Positions 29,957 through 41,800 of a DNA stretch of 64,000 nt are shown in pieces. This DNA is from a virus, in IMG/VR virus record IMGVR_UViG_3300025853_009406, positions 1 to 64,000 of that record. The stretch is one strand, 5' to 3'. Made by a program: the position numbers and the translations under genes. The notes beneath the pieces were generated by a model. That model saw only the letters and a list, made by a program, of their open reading frames with translations. It was not told where the DNA came from and did not search any database. The number at the start of each line of letters is the position of its first letter. Position 1 is the first letter of the stretch.

Positions 29957-32086
29957 TTATGTAGACGTGAATGACATGGTAGTTATTGACTGCCCAGAGT
30001 TCAATCTCCAACGAATCAAAATGCGATTATTCGAATCATTAGATGAAGATTCTGTACCAAATACGCAAGTAAATGTTCCACTATTACCATTCATCGCTCC
30101 ACCTGAAGAACATCCTGGTTCTGCTGATGTTGGCACACCAGCACCTCTGTATGCTTGGAACATATCTGCCCAACCATTTGTTCCTGACAAAGATGATGTC
30201 CAAGTAGAGTTGTTTGGCATACAAACCCAACAACCAGCATAAGAACCAGTTACGACAATTTTAAACTCAGATACCTGAGATCTAATAAAATCCATTTGAA
30301 AATACTGTGCCCCAGTTCTACCAGAAGAATAATCTGGTCCTGCTGGTAACCAAGATCCATTTGAATAATCAGTTACATCATGACGCAGTACAGCACCTCT
30401 AACGATAGATTCATATGTAGCAGCAGTGTTAGATGCTGTAAATGTTGTAAAGACTGGTGATGGATTATCACCAGTAGAACCTGCATTTACTCTTTTAGCG
30501 TTACCAGAACCAGTTCCTAAAGAACTCACTAAGATGTTATCCTCATCAATTTTATTAGTTCTTGCAGTTGTTCCCATCATATTAACTGCCTGAGTTATAG
30601 TTGCTCTGACAGAATTTGATCCATAAGGAGTAGTTGCAGTATAGTTAGAGAACCTTGTCGTATCAGTATTAACAGTTTGATGGAGATCTCTGGGTGTCTG
30701 AGAAACTAAGCAGGTTACACCAGTACCTACACCATAATTCTGGACTGGTGGATTCGTCCCACCATCAAAATCTGTATAACTCTTAGTACCTCCATTTTGG
30801 AATCCTGTGGTTTGACCACCAGATGCCAAGAAAGTGTTCTGAGTGTACATATCACCACTAGCATTCTCACAAGTTATTACATAAGTGAATGCATTGCTAG
30901 AAGATTGTGTGTAATGTGGTACACCTGAAGAATAATTTAAGGTTGGTGAAGGTGGTGTTACTGGAGTAGTAGCACTTAATACAGGTGCAGAGACTGTACT
31001 TGGATCTTCATACCAAAAAGCGCGTTGAGTTTTATATCCAAACTGCTGAATATATCCTCTATTAAACCCATTTGGAGATGTGGCATTAATCAATCTAGCA
31101 TCATAAACTTCATAAAACTCTGAGTTAATACCAGGATTTCTAGTTGAGAAAAACGCATCCTTATCATTTGAAATCTGTAACGCACCGTAAATGCCGTCAT
31201 TTGATCCAGTTGTCAGAGTAACTACTCCAACAGAACCATCATTTATATACCCCGTTACAGTCCCTGCATCACCAGGACCATACTCTGTAATGTAGTTTGA
31301 AGTTACTGAGTTAGTGATGTTCCTATTATATTGTGTACCTGCTGATGGAGTTAACTCTCCACTAGTACTATTTGTTGGCGCAAAACCAGCACATAATCTA
31401 CCAACACCTGTCAATCCAGTCATAGTAAATACTACGTTTGAAATAGTATCGGGTGGTTTTGGTACTAGTTTTCCTAAAATAAAGTTGATTTCATTAACAG
31501 AATCTTTTGTATAATCTGCAGTCTCAATGCCAACTGCTCCTGGAAGGAATCCTCCGTTAGGAGTTCCAATGACTTGATCACCATAAAACTCTGAAGCTGT
31601 TATAAATCCAGTTACTTTTACGTCATCAATAATAGATAATCTATGATCTGGTAAGGGAAAAGATGTTCCAATACCTACACTATTTGTAGAAGGAGAAAAA
31701 ACAAATAAAGGATCAACAGATAATGATGTAATAATACCAGAAGTTGCTGTTAAAAACCCAACATACCTAGCATCATTACCAGTGGGATCTGCTAGTTTAT
31801 TTGATAAAACATTAGATAATGTGGATCCATCACCATAATATTCCGTTGCAGTAATAAATCCAGATACTATGGCATCACCATCAACGGTGATATCATTAGA
31901 TACATTAATATCTGAGGCAGTTAGTGCCCCAGATACTAAAACATCTCCTGTAACGGTTAGATCTGCGGATGCATATGTTGTACCAATGCCAACCCTACCA
32001 GTTACCTCAAGTACAGTAGAGTTTTCGGTATAAGAAGATATACCGACGCTAAGATTCCTTTTACGTTCGCTTAAAAACTTTGGCAT
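29957..32086 (-). CDS. Putative virion structural protein; paralog of 45107-47125
   Basis: Shared INFILGKLVPKPP, SSGVPHYTQ, GWADMF, FGTESSSND motifs. Confidence 0.75.
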   Translation of the reverse strand: MPKFLSERKRNLSVGISSYTENSTVLEVTGRVGIGTTYASADLTVTGDVLVSGALTASDINVSNDITVDGDAIVSGFITATEYYGDGSTLSNVLSNKLADPTGNDARYVGFLTATSGIITSLSVDPLFVFSPSTNSVGIGTSFPLPDHRLSIIDDVKVTGFITASEFYGDQVIGTPNGGFLPGAVGIETADYTKDSVNEINFILGKLVPKPPDTISNVVFTMTGLTGVGRLCAGFAPTNSTSGELTPSAGTQYNRNITNSVTSNYITEYGPGDAGTVTGYINDGSVGVVTLTTGSNDGIYGALQISNDKDAFFSTRNPGINSEFYEVYDARLINATSPNGFNRGYIQQFGYKTQRAFWYEDPSTVSAPVLSATTPVTPPSPTLNYSSGVPHYTQSSSNAFTYVITCENASGDMYTQNTFLASGGQTTGFQNGGTKSYTDFDGGTNPPVQNYGVGTGVTCLVSQTPRDLHQTVNTDTTRFSNYTATTPYGSNSVRATITQAVNMMGTTARTNKIDEDNILVSSLGTGSGNAKRVNAGSTGDNPSPVFTTFTASNTAATYESIVRGAVLRHDVTDYSNGSWLPAGPDYSSGRTGAQYFQMDFIRSQVSEFKIVVTGSYAGCWVCMPNNSTWTSSLSGTNGWADMFQAYRGAGVPTSAEPGCSSGGAMNGNSGTFTCVFGTESSSNDSNNRILIRWRLNSGQSITTMSFTST

Positions 32087-32154
32087 TAGTCAACCTATAC
32101 ATTTGTGGTATATACCGCAGATCCAGTTATATAACTGAATATAATAATATTTAT

Positions 32155-32442
32155 TCAATTAAATATTTCTTCATTATCCAAAATACTTTCTTCTTCGTCT
32201 TGTTTTGCTAACGTTACTTTAGTTTTTCTGGAGGTTCTTTTCTTCAGTTTTTCTTGTTCTTTAGTAATATCTCCAATAGTTTCGTTGAGATTTTCTACCA
32301 TAGAACTAAGAGTTGCTACCTTAGCTTCCAATGAGATGTTTTCATTAAACAACTTAAAAGTTTTTTGTTGATATACTGAGATTAAAGTTTTATAGTCATC
32401 CTCAGAGATATACTGAAACTCATCTTCTTTATTTCTAGACAT
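32155..32442 (-). CDS. Small coiled-coil hypothetical protein
   Basis: Start MSRNK after hairpin; LISVYQQK..LFNENISLEAK. Confidence 0.7.
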   Translation of the reverse strand: MSRNKEDEFQYISEDDYKTLISVYQQKTFKLFNENISLEAKVATLSSMVENLNETIGDITKEQEKLKKRTSRKTKVTLAKQDEEESILDNEEIFN

Positions 32443-32474
32443 AAAAAAATAGGTGTAATAATACACCTATTTAT
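32443..32474 (-). terminator. Terminator hairpin overlapping a late-promoter-like motif
   Basis: ATAGGTGTA-TTAT-TACACCTAT followed by T-run; CATAAATA overlaps the 5' arm. Confidence 0.55.
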
Positions 32475-32502
32475 GTGGATTTGATTATATTATTTTTTTA
32501 AA

Positions 32503-32844
32503 TCAGTTTAGGGTCTCAAGAACTGAAACGATAAACTTGACATCACTACTTGTACTTCCTTCAACCTTGAGGGAATCTCCCTGCTCCATAACTAGTTTTC
32601 CTGCTAATAGATTGACAGCATCATTTGCTGGGATTGGAAACTCACGGAATAGTTCGGTTGTTACCGCAATACCAGATTTGGTTCTTACATGAGAAACGCT
32701 AATATCTTGACTAGATGCTCCCACGTTTGATGCTTGTGCCAGGAGGAGTACTCCCGTGTAACCCACGGGAGCAGTATAAATTCCTACTGGTTCTGTTGAG
32801 ACAACATTAGTGATTGTCTTGAATACGTTAAGGGCTAATGCCAT
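32503..32844 (-). CDS. Small virion-associated hypothetical protein
   Basis: 113 aa, IYTAP...KLVMEQGD...SVLETLN beta-rich pattern. Confidence 0.75.
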   Translation of the reverse strand: MALALNVFKTITNVVSTEPVGIYTAPVGYTGVLLLAQASNVGASSQDISVSHVRTKSGIAVTTELFREFPIPANDAVNLLAGKLVMEQGDSLKVEGSTSSDVKFIVSVLETLN

Positions 32845-32847
32845 GGA

Positions 32848-35800
32848 TTACTCTCCTCCGAGTGCTAGAATGAATGGGGTTAGGGTTGAGAACAACGACT
32901 TGGAATATGCCGTTCCAGAGATAGTACCAGTATTCTGGTTAATGATTAGTCCGTCACCAATCTTGAAGTTACCTGACTGATCAGTACTGGTGAATACGAC
33001 CAGACCACCATTCAGATTCACAGTTTCATTTTCAGCAATAGTAACGCCACCATTCTGAGGAAGTGCAGCTTTTACATCGATACCAGAACCAATGTATTCA
33101 AATGCATGAGATGATGCGAGAACTCTACTTTGCTTGTAGAACTCAACTTCCATTCCAGCGGTTACTTCATATGGAACCTGTGCGTCAAGGGTGATTGTTG
33201 AGATTCCTGCAGAAGGATATGTTGCCTTATTAACTGTGTAGTAACTTGGATACATATCAATCACGATTCTTGCAGGTGTTCCTCCACCTATAGGAGCACC
33301 GATTGTAACGGTTGGAGGAACAATGAATCCTCTACCGCTAGAAACAACTTCAACTCCAGTTACCTGACCATTCTCGACTGTTGCGATTGCCTGTGCAGGT
33401 ACGCCCCAAGCAGTTGTTGGATTACCAATAGTAACTTCTGGAGTACTGGTATAACCAGAACCTTTAGTTGTTACTCTAATCTTGTCAACCTGATAGTATA
33501 ACTTATCAAACACAGTTACTTGACCGTCGAATGGTCTCTGTGGATTAATCTGTACTGTACCACCAGAAGTATAGAAGTGTGGGAATGGACCTTTACCTAC
33601 GTTAGCGGTAAAGTCTGTTGAAGTTGTAGCAACCGAGCATGTGGTTGGTTGACCCTTAACGATTGCGTCAGTTGCGATACCAATGAGGTTATCAATAGTA
33701 TCTTGAACATTTTGGCAAGCGTCTGGATCGTTATTGGAGTTAAGAACAGGATCAGGAGCGAGCTTGAAGTTCTTGCTATTTAGTTGATTATTGATAGCAA
33801 GTTGCATATAGTCAGCAGATGCACGGAAAGCAGTTACGGTTTCAACTTCTTCACCGATTAGTGCATCAGAGAGTGGCTTGCCAGTCTCTTGATCGAAGTA
33901 GTAGTTGGTTGCACTAATGATATTTTTATTAGTGAAGTTAAGAAGATCATTCTTAACTGCATCAACGATGTAACCAATGTCTCTTCTGCACTTAGTCTCT
34001 TGATCTAGGAGTCTACCTGCATTAGGTAAGAAGTTATCTAGTTCAGTTAGAGTACCGATTCCGATTACAGTTGTAACGATTCCGATTCTATTGTCAACTA
34101 CGTCCTGAACATCTTGACAGGTTTCAGGATTACCCGATCTTGTATAAGTGATTACTGGACCAACACCGTAGTTTGCACCACCGAAGGATAGAGTTAGATC
34201 CTTAGTATAGAGTTGGTTAGTTAGAGCACCCTTCATGTAATCACCTGCCTTACCGAAAGCAGTTACAGATTCAGATCTTTCACCATACAGACCTGGAGTT
34301 AGTGGTTGACCAGTTCCAGTGAAGTATTGCTTAGTGAAGTCTCTTGAATAAGTATTACCTCCGAGGAATACGTCAGTTGAAACAGCGTCAACTAGGTATC
34401 CAATGTCTCTTGCACACTTATAACCACCTGGGGAAGAAGTAGTTCCGAGACCAACGAAGTCATCTGCATCAGTTCCATAACCAACTGTCTGACCAAACTC
34501 GCCTGGTTGTAAGTAGAAATAACCATTGTTGATACCGTATGTTCCATCATAAAGTGCTGCAGTGTTACCTGCGGCAACTACGACTGTTACAATACCAACT
34601 AGGTTTTCAATGTTTGCCTGAACATCTGCACAGGTTTCACCATTACCCGAAGCATTATACTGGATATTACCACCAGCACCATTGTAAGATGCAGGACCGA
34701 AGGTTAAAGTTAGATCCTTAGAATATAGTTGGTTAGTTACTGCTCGCTTCATGAGAGGTTCAGCAGCTTCAAATGCGGTTAGTGAAGGTGCGAGTTCACC
34801 GTCTAGTCCGCCTCTGATTACTGATCCATCAGCGTAGTAGTATTGCTCAGAGAATCCTCTGGAATATCTATTACCACCAGTAAACACGTCAGTTGATACT
34901 GCATCAACTAAGAATCCAAGGTCTCTAGCACACTTGTAACCGCCAGGGTTCTCAGTGGTTCCGATACCAGTTCCTCTGTCGAAGATTCCAGTATCATAAG
35001 TTAGAGCGCCGAATGAAGCAGTGCTTCCAGCACCAAGAGAAACAGTTACAATACCAACCAGAGTATCAATGTTATCCTGAACATCTAAGCAGGAATTCTC
35101 GTTTCCAGACTGTAGAACAGGGATAGAGGAACCGATACCATAGTACTGAGGACCAGATGAAATACCAAGATCCTTAGTATAGAGTTGGTTAGTGATTGCA
35201 TCCTTCATCCACTCACCGCCACCCATTAAACCAACGATTGTTGGAGCAACTTCATTTCCATCAATGTGAATAGCACCAGACTGGTTGAAGTATTGCTTGG
35301 TAAACTCTTGTGAGTATCTGTTACCAGAAGTGAATACGTCGGTTGCGACGGCATCAACAAAGAATCCAACGTCTCTTGCACACTTATAACCACCTGGAGT
35401 GTTAGTTGTACCAACACCAACTGATTGATCAAATAGACCAGTGTTGAGTGGGAATGTAATAGAAGCAGTGCTTCCAGCACCAAGAGAAGATGTTACGATT
35501 CCAGCGAGAGTATCAATGGTATCTTGAATATCCTGACATGCAGTTGAAGAAGTGTTAGCAACGTCTGAACCCTCATTTCCTGCATTATATGTTGGGTTAC
35601 CAACTGAGATTGTTAGATCAGAGTATGTAGCGCCAACTAAAGAGTTAGTAATTGCATTGAGCATGTACCCTCTTGCTTGATCAAAGACATAGAGTGACTC
35701 ATCCATCTCACCCTGTAGACCATTAGAGATTAGTGAACCATTTTCAAAATATTGGAAGGTGAACTCAGAAGCATAAGTATTACCACCAGTTAGTACATCA

Positions 35801-38800
35801 AGAGCAACTGCATCAATGAAGAATCCAGTATCTCTCTTACACTTCTCTTCAACTGAAGCGAAGTTGAATGAACTGAATAGTGGGTTATTGACTGCATCGG
35901 TGAACGCTGCGCCAACGATTACCTCCTTATTGAGTTGAATCATTCTGTAAGCATCATAATATCTTGATCTTCCGTTAGACTGTGCGTCACCTGGGAAGTA
36001 GAATGCATCATAAGCATCATAACCTTGAGCAATAGAACCGATAGATCTATCGATAACTTCTTGCTTGTTCTGTTGGATTAGACGATATGAATCGAAGTAT
36101 CTGTACTGCTCATCATCTCTCTCATCAAATCCAGTGTTAAGAGTTGGGAGTTGTGAAGTGGTTCCTAGACCAACTGCAACAGTTGCAATACCAACTAGGT
36201 TCTCGATTAGGTCTTGAACATCTGCACAAGATGATGCGCTTCTGTTATCATTAGTGACGTAATCGGGAGAAATAGTTAGGTCTTGAGCATTGAGTTGGTT
36301 AGTTACTGCTCCTCTTGCGAGATCGCCAAGTGCAGTGAATGCGGTAACTGACTCAGACTCTTCACCGAGTAGACCATCAGAGATTGGATTACCATTACCA
36401 TCGAAGTATGATAGAGCGAATCCAACAACATTATCGTTAGAACCTGCCCATACATCCTCTGCGAGTGCGGAGTGTAGATAACCAAGATCTCTAGCACACT
36501 TAAATCCGCCTGGGGATGCTACAGTACCAACACCCGACTGGTTAAAGTAACCAACATTTAATGTTGGAAGACTATTGGTTGATCCAAATCCTACTGCAGT
36601 GGTAACCACTCCAACTAGGTTTTCAATGTTTGCTTGGACATCAACACAAGCTTCAGCATTACCAGAAGGTAGTACAGGGATGGAAGAACCAGCGCCTGCA
36701 TAAATCGCTTTACCTGGTGAGATTGTTAGATCTTTGACGTTGAGTTGGTTAGTGATTGCCTTTCTTGCATAGAATCCTGCGTAATCGAAGGAAACAACAC
36801 TTGGAGACTCTTCGCCAGTCAGACTTGCTGTTGGTGAACCTGCCCCATCAAAGTAGAATAGAGTGAAATCTCTTGTGTAGCTATTACCACCTGTAAATAC
36901 ATCAGTTGCAACGGCATCAACAAGGTAACCAATATCTCTTGCACACTTAGTACCACCAGGAGATAGAGTACCGAAGTCTTCCATCTGGAGTGATAACTTG
37001 GTGAATGGATCAGTGTTGACTACAAAGTTACCAGTATTGAGAGCATCGCCAGAAGGTAGTTGTGTAGTGGTTCCGAGACCAACTGCAACTGTTACGATAC
37101 CAACTAAGTTCTCAATAGCAGACTGAACATCAATACAAGCATTAGCATTACCAGAGATTAACACAGGTAGTTTAGTATCATCGGTACCGTATCTAGCAGT
37201 ACCAGAAGAAATGCCAACATCCTTAGAGTTAAGTTGGTTGGTAACTGCCTTCTTCATGAAGGTCTCTGCAGAATCAAATGCTACAAGTGATTGTGCTTCT
37301 TCACCAACCAGACCATTGCTGATTGGAAGTCCAGCGCCATCAAAGTATTGAAGAACGAACTCTCTAGAATAGCTGTTGCCTCCAGTAAATACGTCGGTTG
37401 AAACTGCATCAACTAAGAATCCAATATCTCTAGCACACTTGAATCCACCTGGGGATGAAGTAGTACCAATACCAGATTGTGAGAAGTAACCATCGTTGAT
37501 TGATGTAGGAACGTCTGCGAATGTTGCGGTTGTACCAATAGAAACAACTGCAGTAACAACTCCAACGAGAGTATCAATGTTATCCTGAACATCAATACAT
37601 GCTGCTGCATTACCCGAAGGAAGAACTGCAATATCTCCACCAGCACCACCATAAGTAGCAGCACCAGAAGAAATGCCAACATCCTTTCTATAAAGTTGGT
37701 TGGTGATTGCGTCCTTCATGAACTCACCAGCAGCAATGAATGCAGTGTTTGAAGGAGCTTCTTCGCCTAGTAGACCTGTCTTAATCCATCCACGATAGGT
37801 TGGTTCATATGACTTGACAGAATCGATTGTTGTTCTTACGAATGTATGTGCAGACTGTGGAAGATGCTTGATTGCTCCAGCGATTGCACTTACAAATGTA
37901 TGTGCTGTTTGTGGTTCATGTCTAATAGCATTACACTCAGCACGTACAAATGTGTGTACAGAACCTGATGCAGAACCAGCATTTCCAACATTAACTGTGA
38001 ATGTACCAGTCTGCCTCTCAAGACCGTTTGCAGATGCACTTACAAATGTGTGAGTTCCAGTGTAGTCAGCAGCACCAATATTAATCTTGAAGGTGTTATC
38101 AGTCTTCTCACTGATCTGTAACCAGCGACCTGATGGATAATCATATCCAGCGCGTGGATATGACTTAGATACTGTGTTACCATCTAGTTCGCAAGTGAAG
38201 GTTAGTGAACCATCATCAAGTTTAATATAATCTTCATTAGCAAATCCATGAGAAGCAACTGTTAGAACAACATCTCCAGTTGCAGGGTCATAAGTTGCTG
38301 CAGTTACAGTATGAGTGGAAACGCCAACTTCATTGATCGCAGTTGCGATACCTGAGATTGGATTGCCTGCTGCAGGATATGCATGTTCAGTAGCATTTCC
38401 ATCCTGGTCACAAGTGAAGATCATTGACTCATCTTCAATAATGACTGCACGACCAACGCCAAGACCATGCTGACCAACAGTAACAGTTAGATCACCAGTT
38501 GCTGCATTATAAGTAGCAGCAGTTGGATCAAAGTACTTGTTAGGACCAGACTTACCTACATTAACGGTTAGAGAATCATCTGTAACACCAGTAATCTTGA
38601 TTGATCTACCTGCGTATGGATCGATTCCTGGACGTGGATATGTCTTCTGTGCTTGATTATTATCAAATGCACAAGTGAAGGTGAAAGAGTTGTCCTCGAT
38701 GATAACACCCTCTCCAACACTCAGTGAGTGCTCACCAACAGTAACGGTGAAGTCACCAGTTGCAGGATCATATGTTGCTGCAGTTGGGTTGAATGACCAG

Positions 38801-41800
38801 TCAGTACCAGAAGCACCAACATTAACAGTCACTGATGTTGCACTAGTTCCAGTAATCGTTAGAGGAGAGTTATATGCAACTTGACCTTTTGCTGGTAGAG
38901 AGTGCTCACTCTTATTGCCATCCATTGCACAAGTGAAAGTGAAGCTTTCCTTGTCTAGGAAGATAACATCAGATGTTTGTAGTGGGTGATCTGCACCAAC
39001 AATCATCGTGAAGTCGCCAGTTGCAGGATTATAAGTTGCAGAAGTTGGTGTCCAACCTGCTGCCTCTTGGAAGTTATTTTGTAGATAACCAATAGCGTAG
39101 GAGTTACCTCCAGTAAATACGTCAGTTGAAACAGCGTCAACTAAGAATCCAAGATCTCTAGCACACTTAAGTCCACCAGGAGAATAGGAGCTAATACCAA
39201 GTGCCTGGTTAAACTCACCTACGTCTAGAGTTCCTTGACTTGTAGGTAGTTCTGAAGTTGTACCGATACCTACAGCGTAAGTAACAATTCCGACTAGTGC
39301 ATCAATACTATCCTGAACATCTAGACATGCATTTGCATTACCAGATCTTAGAACCTCAATGTTAGGACCGCCACCTCCGAAGTATGCTTTACCCGAAGAA
39401 ATGCCAACATCCTTATTGAAGAGTTGGTTAGTTACTGCATCCTTCATGTATTCGCCAGCAGATTCAAATGCGACGACTGAAGGACCTTCTTCACCTAGAA
39501 GACCATTAATGATTGGAGCAGCATTATCAAAATACTGCAATGCAAATCCATCTGCATAGTAGTTACCAGCAGTGAATAGGTCAGTTGAAATAGAATCGAT
39601 GAAGAAACCAAGGTCTCTTGCACACTTATAACCACCTGGTGATGAAGTAGTACCAACACCAACAGACTGGTTGAAGTAACCATAGTTGATAGTTGCCGTT
39701 ACATCAGATGCAGTTGCAGTGGTTCCTAGACCAACAACTGAAGTAACGATACCGATTAGGTTATCAATGTTGTTCTGAACGTCAATACATGAAGCTTCGT
39801 TACCAGATCTTAGAACAGCAATATCACCTCCACCACCACCATAAGAAGCAGGACCAGATGAAATACCAAGATCCTTAGTATAGAGTTGGTTAGTGATTGC
39901 GTCCTTCATGAACTCACCAGCTCCGATGAATCCATATAGAGACTGTAGTTCTTCTTCGTATAGACCCTCACTGATTGGATTACCAGTTCCATCATCGAAG
40001 TACTCAAGGATAAACTCTCTAGAATAGAGGTTACCGCCAGTAAATACGTCAGTTGAAACTGAATCGATTAGGAATCCGATGTCTCTAGCACACTTGAATC
40101 CTCCTGGAGTTGCAGTGGTTCCGATACCTGCTTGGTTGAAGATACCGAGATTTCTTGTACCAGCGAAGGAGGTTGTATTTGCCTCAGTAATAGCATCAGT
40201 TACGATTGTAACTAGGTTTTCAATGTTTGTTTGTACGTTAGCACAAGCACCAGTATCAGTATTTGAAGATGCTAGAGGATCAGTTGTAATACCAACATCA
40301 GTATAGGTTAGGTTGTTAGCAATAGCTAACTTCATTCTGTCTCTTGCTTCATTGAAAGCGTAGATGGATTGAACCTCTTCGCCACCAATACCATTATCAT
40401 AGATAGCATCATTCTCAAAATATTGTAGAGTAAAGTCTTGAGAATATGCGTTACCACCAGTTAGAATGTCAAGAGAAATGGCATCAATAAAGTAACCAAG
40501 GTCTCTCTTACACTTAGTTTCAGTGCTAAGGATACCAGGATACTGAGTTCTTGTAGCATTCCAAGAACCATTAATAATCTCATCTTTGTTTTTCTGGATC
40601 AGACGATATGAATCATAGTATCTGGAACGTGCATTTGTCTCTTCATCACCAGGGAATACCCAATCAGTTGGATAAAGATCATAGTTAACAGTGATGTTAC
40701 CAATAGATCTATCAATAATTTCTCTTCTGTTCTGTTGGATTAGACGATATGAATCGAAGAATCTTGATCTTTCATTAGTTTGAAGATCGTTAGGGAAGTA
40801 GAAATCAGGATAACTGATAGAGATAGATGCTAGTGACTTATCAATAATCTCCTGTCTATTCTGTTGGATTAGACGATATGAATCATAGTATCTGGATCTT
40901 GCTGTAGTTTGAGAATCGCCTGGGAAATAAAAGTCTGGATGCTCTAATGAAATAGCAGCAAGTGACTTATCAATAACTTCTTGTCTGTTCTGCTGGATTA
41001 GGCGATATGAATCGAAATATCTTGAGCGAGCATTGGTCTCAAGATCTCCAGGGAAGTAGAATTGATCATACTTAGTTGCAATAGAAGCAAGTGACTTATC
41101 AATAATCTCTTGCTTGTTCTCATTGATTAAACGATATGCATCATAGAATCTTGATCTTGCATTGGTCTCTGTATCGCCAGGGAAGAAGAAATCGTCATAG
41201 TTGTCATAATCTAATGAGATAGAAGCAAGGGACTTATCAACAATTTCTTGCTTGTTCTGAAGGATTAGACGATAAGAATCATAGAATCTAGATCTATCAG
41301 TCGTCTCTGCATCATCAGGGAAGTAGAAATCTGGGTGATATAGACCGATAGTCGCAAGAGACTTATCAATGATTTCATCTTTATTTGAGTTAATAAGATT
41401 AAATGAATCTTTAAATCTGTTTCTTGAAGTATCTGGGAAGTAGAAATCTGGGTGGCCAATAGCAATCTGTGCTAGCGACTTATCAATAACTTCCTGTCTG
41501 TTCTTCTGGATCAGACGATATGAATCAAAGAATCTTGATCTTGCGTTTGTCTGATTATCATTAGGGAAATAGAAATCAGGATGCTCAACAGCAATCTCTG
41601 CAAGTGATCTATCAATGATCTCTTGCTTATTATGTTGGATTAGACGATATGAATCAAAGAATCTTGATCTTGAGTTAGTCTCTTCTTCGCCTGGGAATAC
41701 AAAATCAGGATGCTTATAAGAGATAGAAGCAAGTGCCTTGTCAAGAATCTCAGTTTTGTTTGCTTCGATTGACTCGCTAGCATCACTATATCTACCAGGA

